From positions 1 to 35,002 of the IMG/VR virus record IMGVR_UViG_3300043427_003985: a DNA stretch of 35,002 nucleotides; one strand, given 5' to 3'. Below the pieces are notes generated by a model. The model saw only the letters and a list, made by a program, of their open reading frames with translations. It did no database searches and was not told where the DNA came from. Source of the DNA: a virus (taxonomy: Duplodnaviria; Caudoviricetes). Position 1 is the stretch's first letter, and each line of letters begins with the position of its first letter. The position numbers were made by a program, and so were the translations under genes. This document shows positions 1 through 10,101 of the stretch, in pieces.

Positions 1-68
1 AACTCTAATACTTGTTTAATTTTATAGCAATAAGGACAGTCGTTTTTTGAATATACAGTAAAATTCAT
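1..68 (-). CDS. Glutaredoxin, 5' part (runs off the window edge)
   Basis: Not in the ORF track. Reading from ATG at 68 gives MNFTVYSKNDCPYCYKIKQVLE..., with the CPYC glutaredoxin active site. Confidence 0.85.
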   Translation of the reverse strand, partial: MNFTVYSKNDCPYCYKIKQVLE

Positions 69-162
69 AATTGTTTATTATAATTTATAAAGTTTTTATA
101 AAATGATATTTAGTGATTTGATTAAATTAATGATTATACTTACATGCTTTAAAAAAATACCA

Positions 163-3162
163 TTATCTAACCCACGAAGGAGTATCATCAGTATCAAAGA
201 AGAAAATATGAAAGAGTCTTGATGTTTCTTTAGTGAATCCAAAATATTTTGATGCAGCATGTGGACAATGACCATCCCAAATTATTAATCTGTTAAAGAC
301 ATTTCCAACTTTATCAATCTCATCCCAAGGAGTTCCATCTAAGTATAAACCTGTAGGTGCAGTATCTTTCCACGCTTCCCAAATATTAGGATCGCTACAA
401 TGTCTAGCTCCTGTTCTTTTATGCCTTAATAAAGATGTTCCCGCTTCATGTGGAGCATCTGGAGTTAGATATATAACTGCTGCCCATTGCTGAGCATCTC
501 CGTGATAAACAATTGCATCCTCTGCAGTGCAGTATTGAAATCTACCACACATACCATAAGTTTCTGTCCAACGAGTAATCTTTTTTCCTAAAAGTTGTTC
601 AAACTTTTCTTTTGTTCCTGGAAAGACATGAGGTTCATGAGTTCTTCTTCCCCTGTGATAATCACTTTCTTCATACTCCAAACTAAGAGCATAATCTCTT
701 ACAGAATATGGATCTTCGTAAAAATTCTCACAAACAATAATTGAAGTTTTCGGTTCTTTTGAAACTGAAAGTTTATAACTTGGGTTTTCAGATAAGAAAA
801 ATTCTCTCATTCTTGGAGTCTCAATCATTATTTGGGGGAGATTTTCAATAGGATATTTCTTCAAAATATAATTCACATTTCCACATGGTGGTATAGATCC
901 TGCAGAGTAAGTCTTTGATAGGTTTTCATTTTCATACCTAGAGTTAGATAAGAATGGAAGATTATCATTATAATGTGCAAATGATTTTGCCTTAATAGAT
1001 TTCCTTTTAGAATCACCCATCCAAGAGAAGTGCCATCCCAGTTCATCAATTTCTTTTCCATCCGAATTAATCATATAAAGAATATAAAATTCGGATGGAA
1101 CTTCTTTATCAGACCTCATACGAATTGGTGTTGTTTTTTTAAAAACTGATCTATTCGTAGCGAACATACCCCAATAAACTGGGTTCCCAGTATTCCTATC
1201 GTACACTCTTAAGTCTGCTCGACCTTCATGATAAGATAATGGAATTGTAACATATCCATTTGGATGATTCAAGAGAGTATTTTTAATATCCTTAATGTAA
1301 ATTGGATTTATAATTTCATCACTATCACTATGAATGATCATACAATCATCATCATAATCATCCAATACCTGAAGAAGTGCATCTTTTTGCATTCGTTCTC
1401 TAACTCTTGCTCTCAGAGAATTAATATCTTGGTCATTACCATCATAACAATTTAAACGATCTATTTCTTCCACGACAAGATGTTCTTCATCAGGAATATC
1501 AAGATCAATAATACGAATTTTTTCTTCTGGTAAGTTATAATATTTTATTGCATCTCTAAGTCCTGGTTTAGTAGGAATTCCACTATGAGTCTTATTTGAT
1601 TCACAAATAATAAATTGATCAACATGATCTTTTAACAAATTAACTCTCAGGTCTAAAAGTTCTCTACCAGTTTCATCAAAGTATGGGAAGTAATCAATAA
1701 TTTTAATCATAGTTGTCAACTCTTTAATTGATTTTTTGTGTCCTTTTTCTTTCCACCAATTAAGAGCAATTCTGTAAGATTCAAAATGCCCTGGTTTTTG
1801 CTTCTCTTTATAAAAATCTGGATTGTTTAAGAAGAATGTAGCAGGAAAATTTACATCCTCCGCTAAGATAGGAAGAGCATATACATTACCAATTCCTCTT
1901 AGAAGCAGACTTTCAGCATAAGGATATCTGTGAAAGTCTGGAAAGAAATCATATCCTTTATAATAATATGGTTCAGGATCTTGAATCTTCATGATAATTC
2001 TATCATGGCGATAATAAGTATCTAAAAGTTTCTTAGCGTACTCTCTCTTCACTAAAAACGCTTGAATACCCCAGAAGTACCATCTTCTTTTCTGAAGACG
2101 AATCAATTCCTCATGGAAAGTATCTCCAGTGTATGTTAACTGAACACATTCCCAATCACTTGGGAGATGCTCCATTAGATCTTCCCAAGTAAAGTTCCAA
2201 TACTTTACTGGGTGTAAAGATAAATCATCTTCGCAGAACAAAGCATACTCTTCAGTGGTGTTATCATACCAATTTTTAATGTTCTTAAGATGAGCAACAA
2301 AAATAGATTTGTTTCCATCACAAGATTTGTCTTCAAATCCTTCTTCAAATTCTAAAGTTTCTTTTACATCTCCAAATCTTTCAGAGATATAAAAACTGAT
2401 TTTATCTTCTACACCATATTTTTTGAACTGGTTAACAAAGAACTCTCTTCTTTCTTTAGATTCTTCTAGACTTATGCAATGGATACTGGGAATACCTTGT
2501 AACTTATTCTCATCACTTAAATCGGATGGGAGTTGGAAGCACCAATCATATTCGTGCAATGAATTTCTTTCAATGTATCCCATTTCAAGAAACATCTTTC
2601 GAATCTGTTCTTTATGTTTTCCCAGGTGCAAGTGTTCAAATTCGACTCTTTTGATCTTGTATTTTTTCCAATCAAAGGAGAGTAGTAATTCAGCATCAAT
2701 ACCCTCAACATCTAATAAAAGCCAATCAAGTTCTTTAATTTGATATTTTTCAAATAAATCTTCCATTGTAATACAAGGAACAGTAAAAGATTTAATTTCA
2801 CCATCTTTAAGGTATGGAACAAACTCCATATGCTTATAAATGTGTTCTATATTACAAGAAGCAATTCCATATTGAGGGGCATCATTGGTATGATAATAAA
2901 TTGTTAATTCTTTATTAGGATTATCTGGAACTTTTACTGCAATGTTTTCTATGATGGCATTTGGATAATCCTTATAACATTCTTTTAATCTAGGAATATG
3001 AATTTGATTTGCCTCAACAAAAAGTGCAAAATCTAAGCTAGATAAATTACTTTTGATATAATCCGCTAGTTCATCATCACCATAATTAGATCCTATTTGA
3101 ACTATAGATTGAATAGATTTATCCCTAAGAAGTTTTCCAAAAATAGACCTTATTTTCTCCAT
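163..3162 (-). CDS. Multidomain glycan-modifying protein: FkbM-like methyltransferase + GT25-like + GT17-like + C-terminal 2OG-Fe(II) oxygenase-like domain
   Basis: VEAN...LLDVEGIDAELL...VEFEH (FkbM); CISLEES.ERR...ALFCEDD (GT25); LDLRVNLLKDHVDQFIICESNKTHSG...HSDSDEI...GWHFSW (GT17); HGD...AAVIYLTP...FNRL...HAA...RLFHIFFFD (2OG oxygenase-like). Confidence 0.75.
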   Translation of the reverse strand: MEKIRSIFGKLLRDKSIQSIVQIGSNYGDDELADYIKSNLSSLDFALFVEANQIHIPRLKECYKDYPNAIIENIAVKVPDNPNKELTIYYHTNDAPQYGIASCNIEHIYKHMEFVPYLKDGEIKSFTVPCITMEDLFEKYQIKELDWLLLDVEGIDAELLLSFDWKKYKIKRVEFEHLHLGKHKEQIRKMFLEMGYIERNSLHEYDWCFQLPSDLSDENKLQGIPSIHCISLEESKERREFFVNQFKKYGVEDKISFYISERFGDVKETLEFEEGFEDKSCDGNKSIFVAHLKNIKNWYDNTTEEYALFCEDDLSLHPVKYWNFTWEDLMEHLPSDWECVQLTYTGDTFHEELIRLQKRRWYFWGIQAFLVKREYAKKLLDTYYRHDRIIMKIQDPEPYYYKGYDFFPDFHRYPYAESLLLRGIGNVYALPILAEDVNFPATFFLNNPDFYKEKQKPGHFESYRIALNWWKEKGHKKSIKELTTMIKIIDYFPYFDETGRELLDLRVNLLKDHVDQFIICESNKTHSGIPTKPGLRDAIKYYNLPEEKIRIIDLDIPDEEHLVVEEIDRLNCYDGNDQDINSLRARVRERMQKDALLQVLDDYDDDCMIIHSDSDEIINPIYIKDIKNTLLNHPNGYVTIPLSYHEGRADLRVYDRNTGNPVYWGMFATNRSVFKKTTPIRMRSDKEVPSEFYILYMINSDGKEIDELGWHFSWMGDSKRKSIKAKSFAHYNDNLPFLSNSRYENENLSKTYSAGSIPPCGNVNYILKKYPIENLPQIMIETPRMREFFLSENPSYKLSVSKEPKTSIIVCENFYEDPYSVRDYALSLEYEESDYHRGRRTHEPHVFPGTKEKFEQLLGKKITRWTETYGMCGRFQYCTAEDAIVYHGDAQQWAAVIYLTPDAPHEAGTSLLRHKRTGARHCSDPNIWEAWKDTAPTGLYLDGTPWDEIDKVGNVFNRLIIWDGHCPHAASKYFGFTKETSRLFHIFFFDTDDTPSWVR

Positions 3163-3174
3163 TCTAGTGCTCCA

Positions 3175-3441
3175 CTATTCTAAAATATATTTTTGTTTTT
3201 CAATTAAAATTTCAGGTTGTTCCAATAAAGATTTACAATATGAAGGAATAAATCCCCAATGATAGTTTTGGGGATCTCTGTAAGAATAAACAAAGACATC
3301 ACAAGTTTCCTTAATATTGTTTATATTTGAAACTGCAATAAATTTTATATTTTTTTCTGAATCTGCATCATTGATAATATAATCATATTCCCAAAGATCT
3401 TCTCTTTTTTCTCCAAAGAAAAACACTACAGATAAAGTCAT
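3175..3441 (-). CDS. 88-aa ORF, probably a degraded N-terminal module of the downstream 999-aa gene
   Basis: Same frame as 163..3162, separated only by TAG plus 4 sense codons (ILE*WSTRMEK). The start overlaps the upstream stop (ATGA). Confidence 0.55.
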   Translation of the reverse strand: MTLSVVFFFGEKREDLWEYDYIINDADSEKNIKFIAVSNINNIKETCDVFVYSYRDPQNYHWGFIPSYCKSLLEQPEILIEKQKYILE

Positions 3442-6272
3442 ACAGGTTTTACTCCATTTTCACAGAAGCGGCACATATCAAAACAAGACTGTGGTTTAGG
3501 TACAATCTCTTCATAGGATTGTTCAAAAAGATTTCCAATAATAAACTTCAAACTATAGTCCATACAGCACAGAGAAACATCTCCATTAGGTAGCATAATG
3601 TTGTGATACAAATGTTCATCACACCCACAAGTTCTTGGTTCTTCACCATGATATATTGATTTGTATTCTTGTTGAAGGTTAAGAAGTTCTGGTTTTAACA
3701 TTGCTTCTCCAACCAAATTACCTGCTCTAGACCAGAATGCTGGAACAACTGCTTCTGGGAAAAGATGTTTAACATCATTATGAACCGTACCCATCGCCAT
3801 AGTATAAAATCCTTGAATTTCATGATGAACTTCTTTAAATGCTTCAATAACTTCAATGTAGTTTTTAGTGATGGGATGCTTTGCTCGTCTCTCATTGTCT
3901 GGAAGATGAAGAACAAATCTACCATTGGGACCTAGATTATAAGGAATGTTTTTAATTCGATATACATCTTCGACTTTCATTCCAATGCCAGTAGTAAATA
4001 CTGCGATTGGATGCCCCTTTTCATGAGCATATAATAGCATATCTGTACAATCTTTGTTCAACCATGGTTCAGTGAATCCAGCAAATGTTACTCTCACATT
4101 TTGTGGAAGTTTATCAACTGCTCTTTTAAAATTGTCTAAGGTAAGATACCTTTCTTCATCAACATAAGATCTCTCAAGAATTCTTTGAGGGCAATATACA
4201 CAATCAACTACACACCCCTTCTTTGGAATTGATGTAGTAAACTCCATGGTTGGCCAAGGAGTCATATTCCAAAATTTATCTTCCATTTTTTCATAATCAA
4301 TGTAGATCATAAAATTTCCATAATATGCATTTTCTCTATCCCAATAATCTTTAAAAATCTGTAGATAGTTATCATCAAAAATATGTTCAGTAACATCTAC
4401 ATCATTAAATCTTTCATATACGTGGAATTTTTTAGTTCCTTTAAGTGGTAAAAGATAATTATCCCTAAAAATTTTAAATCGTTCAATAGTATTATCCCAT
4501 AATGATTCTGAAATATGAAACTCAATTGCTATATTTTTAACAGTATTGAAAATTAAATCTTTATTTTCTTCTGTGAAAATAAAATATTCTCCTCCTTCAC
4601 AATCACATTTAAATAAATTAATTTGAGTAATATTATTTTCTTCTATAATATTTTTAAATGTTGTCGTATTAACCGTATTACCTTCATGTTCATACACATA
4701 AACATTTTTATTTGGAATTAACTTATTTTCTTCTACATTACTATCAATCAATTTATTAATTACAGTAACTGGTTTTTCTTTTGTATTATTAATTAATGCC
4801 TTAATAATTTTATTGGAAGGTTCTATTGCATAAACATGTTTAACATTCTTATCCAATACTGAACAAGTAAAACTACCACAATTTGCACCTATATCTAGAA
4901 TAATATCATTTTCTTTGACTGAATAATGTTTTTCGTAAATGTGATCTATGAAGTTTTCCCTATTAAAAAGGTATAGATATTCATAATCCATATCTCCCCA
5001 ATCAAAGTTATCACATAGCATATATTTTGCAGCATTTTGTGGTTCATCAGTGATAGAAGTCATTTTTTTTACAATTCTACTATCAACCAAATCTGGATGA
5101 ACCCACCAATCTTCAAATGCAGACTCATCATCTTCAGCAACATTTGTAACCACGAGTTGATATCCCATCTTAGTAAGATACTCTCTCGACTTATCTCTAT
5201 AAGACTCTGATACATCAACATAATGATCATGCTCATAAGTGATTACCCGAAACTTATACTCATCAAAAGGAATTGAAAGTAATGCTTCGTAAGTATTTGC
5301 CGATGGTTCAATATCAAGTTGCAAATAATCAATGACTGTTTCAGAATTAAAATATTCTTTAATTAGTTTTGAGTAATTAATCAGTAGAGCATTTGCATGT
5401 AAGACATTTGCATTAGGTCTATGTTGTTTGTAATCATTTACACAAATTTCATTAAACTCAATTGATACTCCTTTCCACCCAAAATCTTTTTCCAACAATG
5501 CTGTGTTGTTTTTATGGTAGGGAAATCCACCACCGATTTCAAGATACGTTCCATTTCTTTTACCATCTAGTATCGACAAAACAAACATGTCTTGGAATAC
5601 TTGTGAGAAATTATTCTCAATATATCTAGATCTTCTAAATTTATATCTTAATTTTGGATAATCATTTTTATGATATGTTCTAAACTTATAGTTCGAACCA
5701 TGGGCACCTAAAGAACTTAATTTTTCTTGTAAATAATTTCTGTGTTCTTCAGTCATCATAGAAGAATACTCCTTTTTAAGTTTAAAAAATAATTTGCGAG
5801 ATTCTTCACATAACCCACAAGGATATGCTGCTTCCGCTTTTCCCATAATAAGAGAGTAAAAACCAGGATACTCAACATCTATATCCAAAGGTTCTTGATT
5901 GTCATTACAAATACCTTCACCAATAGAAAAGAGTAAGTATGCTTCGTGATGGTTTTGTTCTATTAAGTAAAAATTACCCAACAAATAATATGCTTCTGGT
6001 CTTTCTGGACAAGTCGTAAGAGCATTTTGAAGTAGACTTTTTACTGTAAAATTTCTAGTTCCCTGAGATTTAAAACAGTTTGCAGCAGACAACAAGCACT
6101 GATACTGCATTATCTTTTCGTCACTTCTCTCAGCAGTTCTGAGATAATAAGAAAGTGCAGATGCTGTTTGACCTATAGAATGGTAATGAACAGCAAGATT
6201 AAAATTACTAATTGGATCTTCCGAATCATCTATAAACTTATACAATAAATCAGTCAATGAATAATTATCCAT
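3438..6272 (-). CDS. TPR + two FkbM-like methyltransferase domains + radical SAM/SPASM domain fusion
   Basis: TPR-like N-terminus (PERPEAYYLLG); SQVFQDMFV..YLEIGGG..NNT..LE..GWKGVSIE; LDIGANCG..AIEP..KCDCEGGEY; CxxxCxxC (CVVDCVYC); SPASM-like PNGDVSLCC..IGNL..CRFC. Confidence 0.8.
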   Translation of the reverse strand: MDNYSLTDLLYKFIDDSEDPISNFNLAVHYHSIGQTASALSYYLRTAERSDEKIMQYQCLLSAANCFKSQGTRNFTVKSLLQNALTTCPERPEAYYLLGNFYLIEQNHHEAYLLFSIGEGICNDNQEPLDIDVEYPGFYSLIMGKAEAAYPCGLCEESRKLFFKLKKEYSSMMTEEHRNYLQEKLSSLGAHGSNYKFRTYHKNDYPKLRYKFRRSRYIENNFSQVFQDMFVLSILDGKRNGTYLEIGGGFPYHKNNTALLEKDFGWKGVSIEFNEICVNDYKQHRPNANVLHANALLINYSKLIKEYFNSETVIDYLQLDIEPSANTYEALLSIPFDEYKFRVITYEHDHYVDVSESYRDKSREYLTKMGYQLVVTNVAEDDESAFEDWWVHPDLVDSRIVKKMTSITDEPQNAAKYMLCDNFDWGDMDYEYLYLFNRENFIDHIYEKHYSVKENDIILDIGANCGSFTCSVLDKNVKHVYAIEPSNKIIKALINNTKEKPVTVINKLIDSNVEENKLIPNKNVYVYEHEGNTVNTTTFKNIIEENNITQINLFKCDCEGGEYFIFTEENKDLIFNTVKNIAIEFHISESLWDNTIERFKIFRDNYLLPLKGTKKFHVYERFNDVDVTEHIFDDNYLQIFKDYWDRENAYYGNFMIYIDYEKMEDKFWNMTPWPTMEFTTSIPKKGCVVDCVYCPQRILERSYVDEERYLTLDNFKRAVDKLPQNVRVTFAGFTEPWLNKDCTDMLLYAHEKGHPIAVFTTGIGMKVEDVYRIKNIPYNLGPNGRFVLHLPDNERRAKHPITKNYIEVIEAFKEVHHEIQGFYTMAMGTVHNDVKHLFPEAVVPAFWSRAGNLVGEAMLKPELLNLQQEYKSIYHGEEPRTCGCDEHLYHNIMLPNGDVSLCCMDYSLKFIIGNLFEQSYEEIVPKPQSCFDMCRFCENGVKPV

Positions 6273-7239
6273 TTAAAACCTCCATAATTGTTCTCTCAGG
6301 AAACTTAAGCAAATATGCAGCATTATCTTGAAATCCAAAGGTCATTAAAAAGTCATCTCCCCTTTGGCTAAGACCAATACAAAACTCTACATGTCCAGAC
6401 ATCAAGGAAAATTCCTTTGACCATTGTATTAAATTGAAATCTCTATCCCAAATAATAATTCTATGGTAATAAACAGCATCTTTTCTTCCAACTTCACTAT
6501 TAAAAAGATCTACCTCATGAGTTATTGCTATGTAATAACCTCTCCAGGGAATAACTTGAGAACCTCCTCTTAGATCTCTAGGAAGATCATTCCATTGACC
6601 TAAAGAAATAGTTTTAGATTGCCCTGTTTCTGGATTTACTTCTACAACTTCTGTTGGATTACTCCATTTTACATAATGATATGGTCTATCAAGAATTGGC
6701 ATCCAATTTTTTTCACAATAAGAATTAGGATCATTTGGTGGAGGAATTCTAAATCTATCTACTTCTACAACAGAATCTTCACGAACTTCAATTTCACAAA
6801 GTTCCATTCTTCCTGTTCCAATTGTATCAAGATCTCTTCTTACTCCAGAAATATATAATTTTCCATTCCATCTAAAAATTCTTGCATCTTCAAGACCTAC
6901 AAAATCCCAAAGTTCTTTATCAGGAAATTTGGAAGTATCAATTTTATTGTAACGAGTAATATTAAAGTCTTCATCAAGTTCACAATAATAATTTATGGTC
7001 CTTAGATGCATATCATTTTCAGGATGCACATAAGTCAATGGACCCCATTGATGTTGAAAAAGTTTTTTTTCGGAGTGATAAAACGTATAATTAACGTGTC
7101 TTAAAACTAGAATTATTTTATCTCCATCTAAAAAAATAGATGGATTCATAATTCCAGTTCCATTTGTCAATTCGGAAGGAATAACTAGTGGATGAATAGA
7201 ACCACCATTTTCCAATGCAAGTTTTACAAAATTACACAT
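6265..7239 (-). CDS. Five-bladed beta-propeller glycosidase/phosphorylase-like protein
   Basis: NPSI, GLEDARIF, EKNWMP, LRGGS, VEFCIG and FGFQD motifs typical of GH130/GH43-like propellers in phage glyco-clusters. Confidence 0.65.
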   Translation of the reverse strand: MCNFVKLALENGGSIHPLVIPSELTNGTGIMNPSIFLDGDKIILVLRHVNYTFYHSEKKLFQHQWGPLTYVHPENDMHLRTINYYCELDEDFNITRYNKIDTSKFPDKELWDFVGLEDARIFRWNGKLYISGVRRDLDTIGTGRMELCEIEVREDSVVEVDRFRIPPPNDPNSYCEKNWMPILDRPYHYVKWSNPTEVVEVNPETGQSKTISLGQWNDLPRDLRGGSQVIPWRGYYIAITHEVDLFNSEVGRKDAVYYHRIIIWDRDFNLIQWSKEFSLMSGHVEFCIGLSQRGDDFLMTFGFQDNAAYLLKFPERTIMEVLNG

Positions 7240-7447
7240 ATTTTTATAAAATGATTAAAAAAGATATTAGTTTAATTCAAAAATTGATTTTAGAATTTTT
7301 TTGTTTTTTAGTAAGATAAGATATTCCATTTAAATTAACTTCATAGTTTTAATGACATATTAATGCATATTGATTATATTGTCTAGTATTACCCATCAAT
7401 AAGTTTTATTTTTATTTCTTTATCATCATTATTAGGATAATTATCCC

Positions 7448-7810
7448 TTAGGAATATATTTTTACATCTCTATATTTGGAACCGGATCGTTCATCAATTT
7501 GTGCCTTTAATTGTGCTCTTTTATCATTAGTAATATATACACTTCTAGCAAGCTCAATAAATTCTTCATCAAATTCTTGAATGGTTTCTTTTTCTCTTAA
7601 TCTTTCTTCAATATTCCACAATTCCATATTTATTGATCTCATCTCGTCCCATTCTATTCCCTCTATATAACTATTAATTTGATCCCTAATTTCATATAAT
7701 TTGCGTAGTTCTTTTATCACATATTCATTTTGACTATGGTTGGCTTTTATTTCAAGAATTGTCACTCTATCTACAAATTGCCCTGGTGAGATTGGTACTA
7801 ATAATTCCAT
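7448..7810 (-). CDS. Conserved hypothetical protein (DUF6165-like)
   Basis: VPISPG..DRVTILEIK...LWNIEE.LR..E...F..EFIELARSVYITNDKRA.LK..I pattern. Confidence 0.7.
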   Translation of the reverse strand: MELLVPISPGQFVDRVTILEIKANHSQNEYVIKELRKLYEIRDQINSYIEGIEWDEMRSINMELWNIEERLREKETIQEFDEEFIELARSVYITNDKRAQLKAQIDERSGSKYRDVKIYS

Positions 7811-7829
7811 AAGATTTCTCCAAAATATT

Positions 7830-9365
7830 TCAACTAAAAAAATTGTTTTTAATATTATTTAAAACAGTTTCATTTTTACAAACAACGCCAAGTCCATATG
7901 AATTGTCAAAATTAAATTTTGGAAGTTTTATTTCTTCAAAATATTTTTTAACTCCATATGTTTTTCCATTATACTCTTCAACTGAAGTATCATGCATTAA
8001 AATTACTCCATCGTCACTTACAAAATTAATCCAGGTTTCAAAATCTCTCTTAATATCTTCATAATGGTGACTTCCATCAATATGGAGAATATCAATAGTT
8101 TTGTTCCATGTCTTTGATACTTCATCAAAAGTACCTTCTATAAATGTCAAGTTATCTTGAAGGTGTAATTTTTCTCTTTTATTCATTACAAAATCATATT
8201 TAAATTTATTATGATCTGTTCCTATAAAATCATCTCCAATAAAATTATCAATTCCATAAACATGCCCAATTCTTGGAATGGCAAAACAAAAAGTAGAAAA
8301 TCCATGATCAACTCCAAGATCCACAATAACTTTTGGTTTAATGAATCTAACTAACCAGTCTGCAAAATTTCGATGACCTGCCCAAGAACTGGTCGAAATA
8401 TCATCAAGGTTAGTCAAAAATAGTTGATCGATTGCATCAAATCTTTCTTTAATTCTTAATGTTTCTGTAGAAAATGCTGAAGCAAATACAATGATGTTTG
8501 GGTTCATTGTAAGTTTTCCAATTTCAAGTAAATGTAAAAATGCTTTGCCAGTCAGATCACTATTAATATTTAGTGACTCACTTAAAGCATGAATTGAATA
8601 ATTACAAGCCTGTTGAATATTTTGAGATTCAAATACCATGGCAATACTAGTCATAATGAATACTTCAACTCTAATTGGATCAAAATATGGTTTAGAAATA
8701 TTGAGATACTCTTTTCCAAGTTGAATTGATTTACTATAATTGTTCACATCATAATAATGTTTAAATATGAACCAAAGATAATAAGTATTTTCTGGATTAT
8801 TTTTGTATTCTCTTTCACATATTGAAAGATAAAAAAGTTGTTTATCAATACTTGGTTCTATATTTTTTGTAATTTTAATTGTTGTATCTACTGTAACTTC
8901 TTCAGAATGAAATTCAGTAGGGATAAACATTGGAGTTTCATGAACTGCATTTATCCAAGAATAATTTTTTGTTCTATGAAGACGAATATGCGATGCTTGT
9001 CCAACTGTGGGTTCTTGATCTTCAATTTTGTCATAACGTATGTGCTTAAATGCAGTAAAATCATTACATATTACATATAATCCTTGAATAAAAAGATCAT
9101 CAATATCTTCATTAAAATCAAGTGAAAATGCCCAATCAGTTTTCACATAAGAAAGTGCTTTATTTCTTGCTTTTGAAAAATCAAACTCTTCACGAGTCTG
9201 TGGATGCTCGTACACTTCAATGCCAGCATCTTTAAGTAGTTGAACTGTATTATCTGTACTCCCAGTATCAACTACAATTGCATCATCAAACTTCTTTGCA
9301 TTTTTAAGAAACCTTTCAATATTTTTTTCTTCGTTCTTTGCTATTGCGTATAATGTTACTTTCAT
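7830..9365 (-). CDS. GT2 (SunS-like) glycosyltransferase + TPR-like region + class I SAM methyltransferase (Methyltransf_24-like)
   Basis: IAKNEE..VVDTGSTD.T..FDFSKARN..HE; VDLGVDHGFST..LHIDGSHHYE..GVILMHD. Start placed at ATG 9365 (ATGA overlap with the upstream stop) rather than 9380. Confidence 0.8.
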   Translation of the reverse strand: MKVTLYAIAKNEEKNIERFLKNAKKFDDAIVVDTGSTDNTVQLLKDAGIEVYEHPQTREEFDFSKARNKALSYVKTDWAFSLDFNEDIDDLFIQGLYVICNDFTAFKHIRYDKIEDQEPTVGQASHIRLHRTKNYSWINAVHETPMFIPTEFHSEEVTVDTTIKITKNIEPSIDKQLFYLSICEREYKNNPENTYYLWFIFKHYYDVNNYSKSIQLGKEYLNISKPYFDPIRVEVFIMTSIAMVFESQNIQQACNYSIHALSESLNINSDLTGKAFLHLLEIGKLTMNPNIIVFASAFSTETLRIKERFDAIDQLFLTNLDDISTSSWAGHRNFADWLVRFIKPKVIVDLGVDHGFSTFCFAIPRIGHVYGIDNFIGDDFIGTDHNKFKYDFVMNKREKLHLQDNLTFIEGTFDEVSKTWNKTIDILHIDGSHHYEDIKRDFETWINFVSDDGVILMHDTSVEEYNGKTYGVKKYFEEIKLPKFNFDNSYGLGVVCKNETVLNNIKNNFFS

Positions 9366-10054
9366 AAGTAAGTTCTCCAATCAATACAGGGTGATAAAAA
9401 TTGCGAATGGCAGTGTGTAGAATAACCAGGAATACTTGAAATTAAATTTCTTCCTCTCTTATGTAGTTCGATAAATTTACCATGGTCTGCAGAGGGTTCA
9501 AATCCTGTTGAGAAATGTCTATGAATTTCTTGGTCTTCTTTGAGTGTTTTAAATTTAACAGCAAAGGTATTTGTTGTTGAAGGAGTTGGCATCCAATGAG
9601 AATATTTTGTTGCTAGAACTTTAGTCATAAAGTCCTTATACATCTCCTGATACTTATCTCCGTGGTCGTACAAGGTTGCATACTGAACTGGAAGAGTAAA
9701 TGCATCTATGAGAACTCTATCCCATTCTGGACGATGTACATAATCATCCTCAAGAAAATAGATGATTGTATCATCATCAAAGTCTTGTGAAAGAATATAA
9801 TTTAAAGTTTCTATAAAACTTAATGACTCTTTTCCACTATTAATTTTAACTGCTTCTTCATCTTTAAGAAAAGTACCTTCTTGTTTTCCATAATACTCAT
9901 CAAAAATAATTGTATAGTTAGTGGTTTTAGGATTAAGTGTATTCTTAAAATTTAGAAATACCTTTTCTTTATTCCACCATTTGGGACGATTTGTACTAGA
10001 GATATTTACTTTGGATGTGTAACAATGCCTTAAAAATACTTCAATTTTTTTCAT
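9362..10054 (-). CDS. Putative GT-A fold glycosyltransferase
   Basis: IIYFLEDDYVH (DxD-like), TLYDH.DKY, STTNTFA and PGYSTH motifs; cluster context. Confidence 0.6.
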   Translation of the reverse strand: MKKIEVFLRHCYTSKVNISSTNRPKWWNKEKVFLNFKNTLNPKTTNYTIIFDEYYGKQEGTFLKDEEAVKINSGKESLSFIETLNYILSQDFDDDTIIYFLEDDYVHRPEWDRVLIDAFTLPVQYATLYDHGDKYQEMYKDFMTKVLATKYSHWMPTPSTTNTFAVKFKTLKEDQEIHRHFSTGFEPSADHGKFIELHKRGRNLISSIPGYSTHCHSQFLSPCIDWRTYL

Positions 10055-10101
10055 TTATTTTTCTTAGATAAATTTATAATATTTGTTTAAATGCACTCAT
10101 T

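Noticed and set aside
3175-3177. Genome-wide TAG recoding
   Set aside because: Only one suspicious amber was seen, long genes are uninterrupted, and TAG TAG ends the gene at 29954.
7240-7447. 208-nt AT-rich intergenic gap inside the glyco-cluster
   Set aside because: No ORF, stable hairpin or consensus promoter that I can support; possibly a gene remnant.
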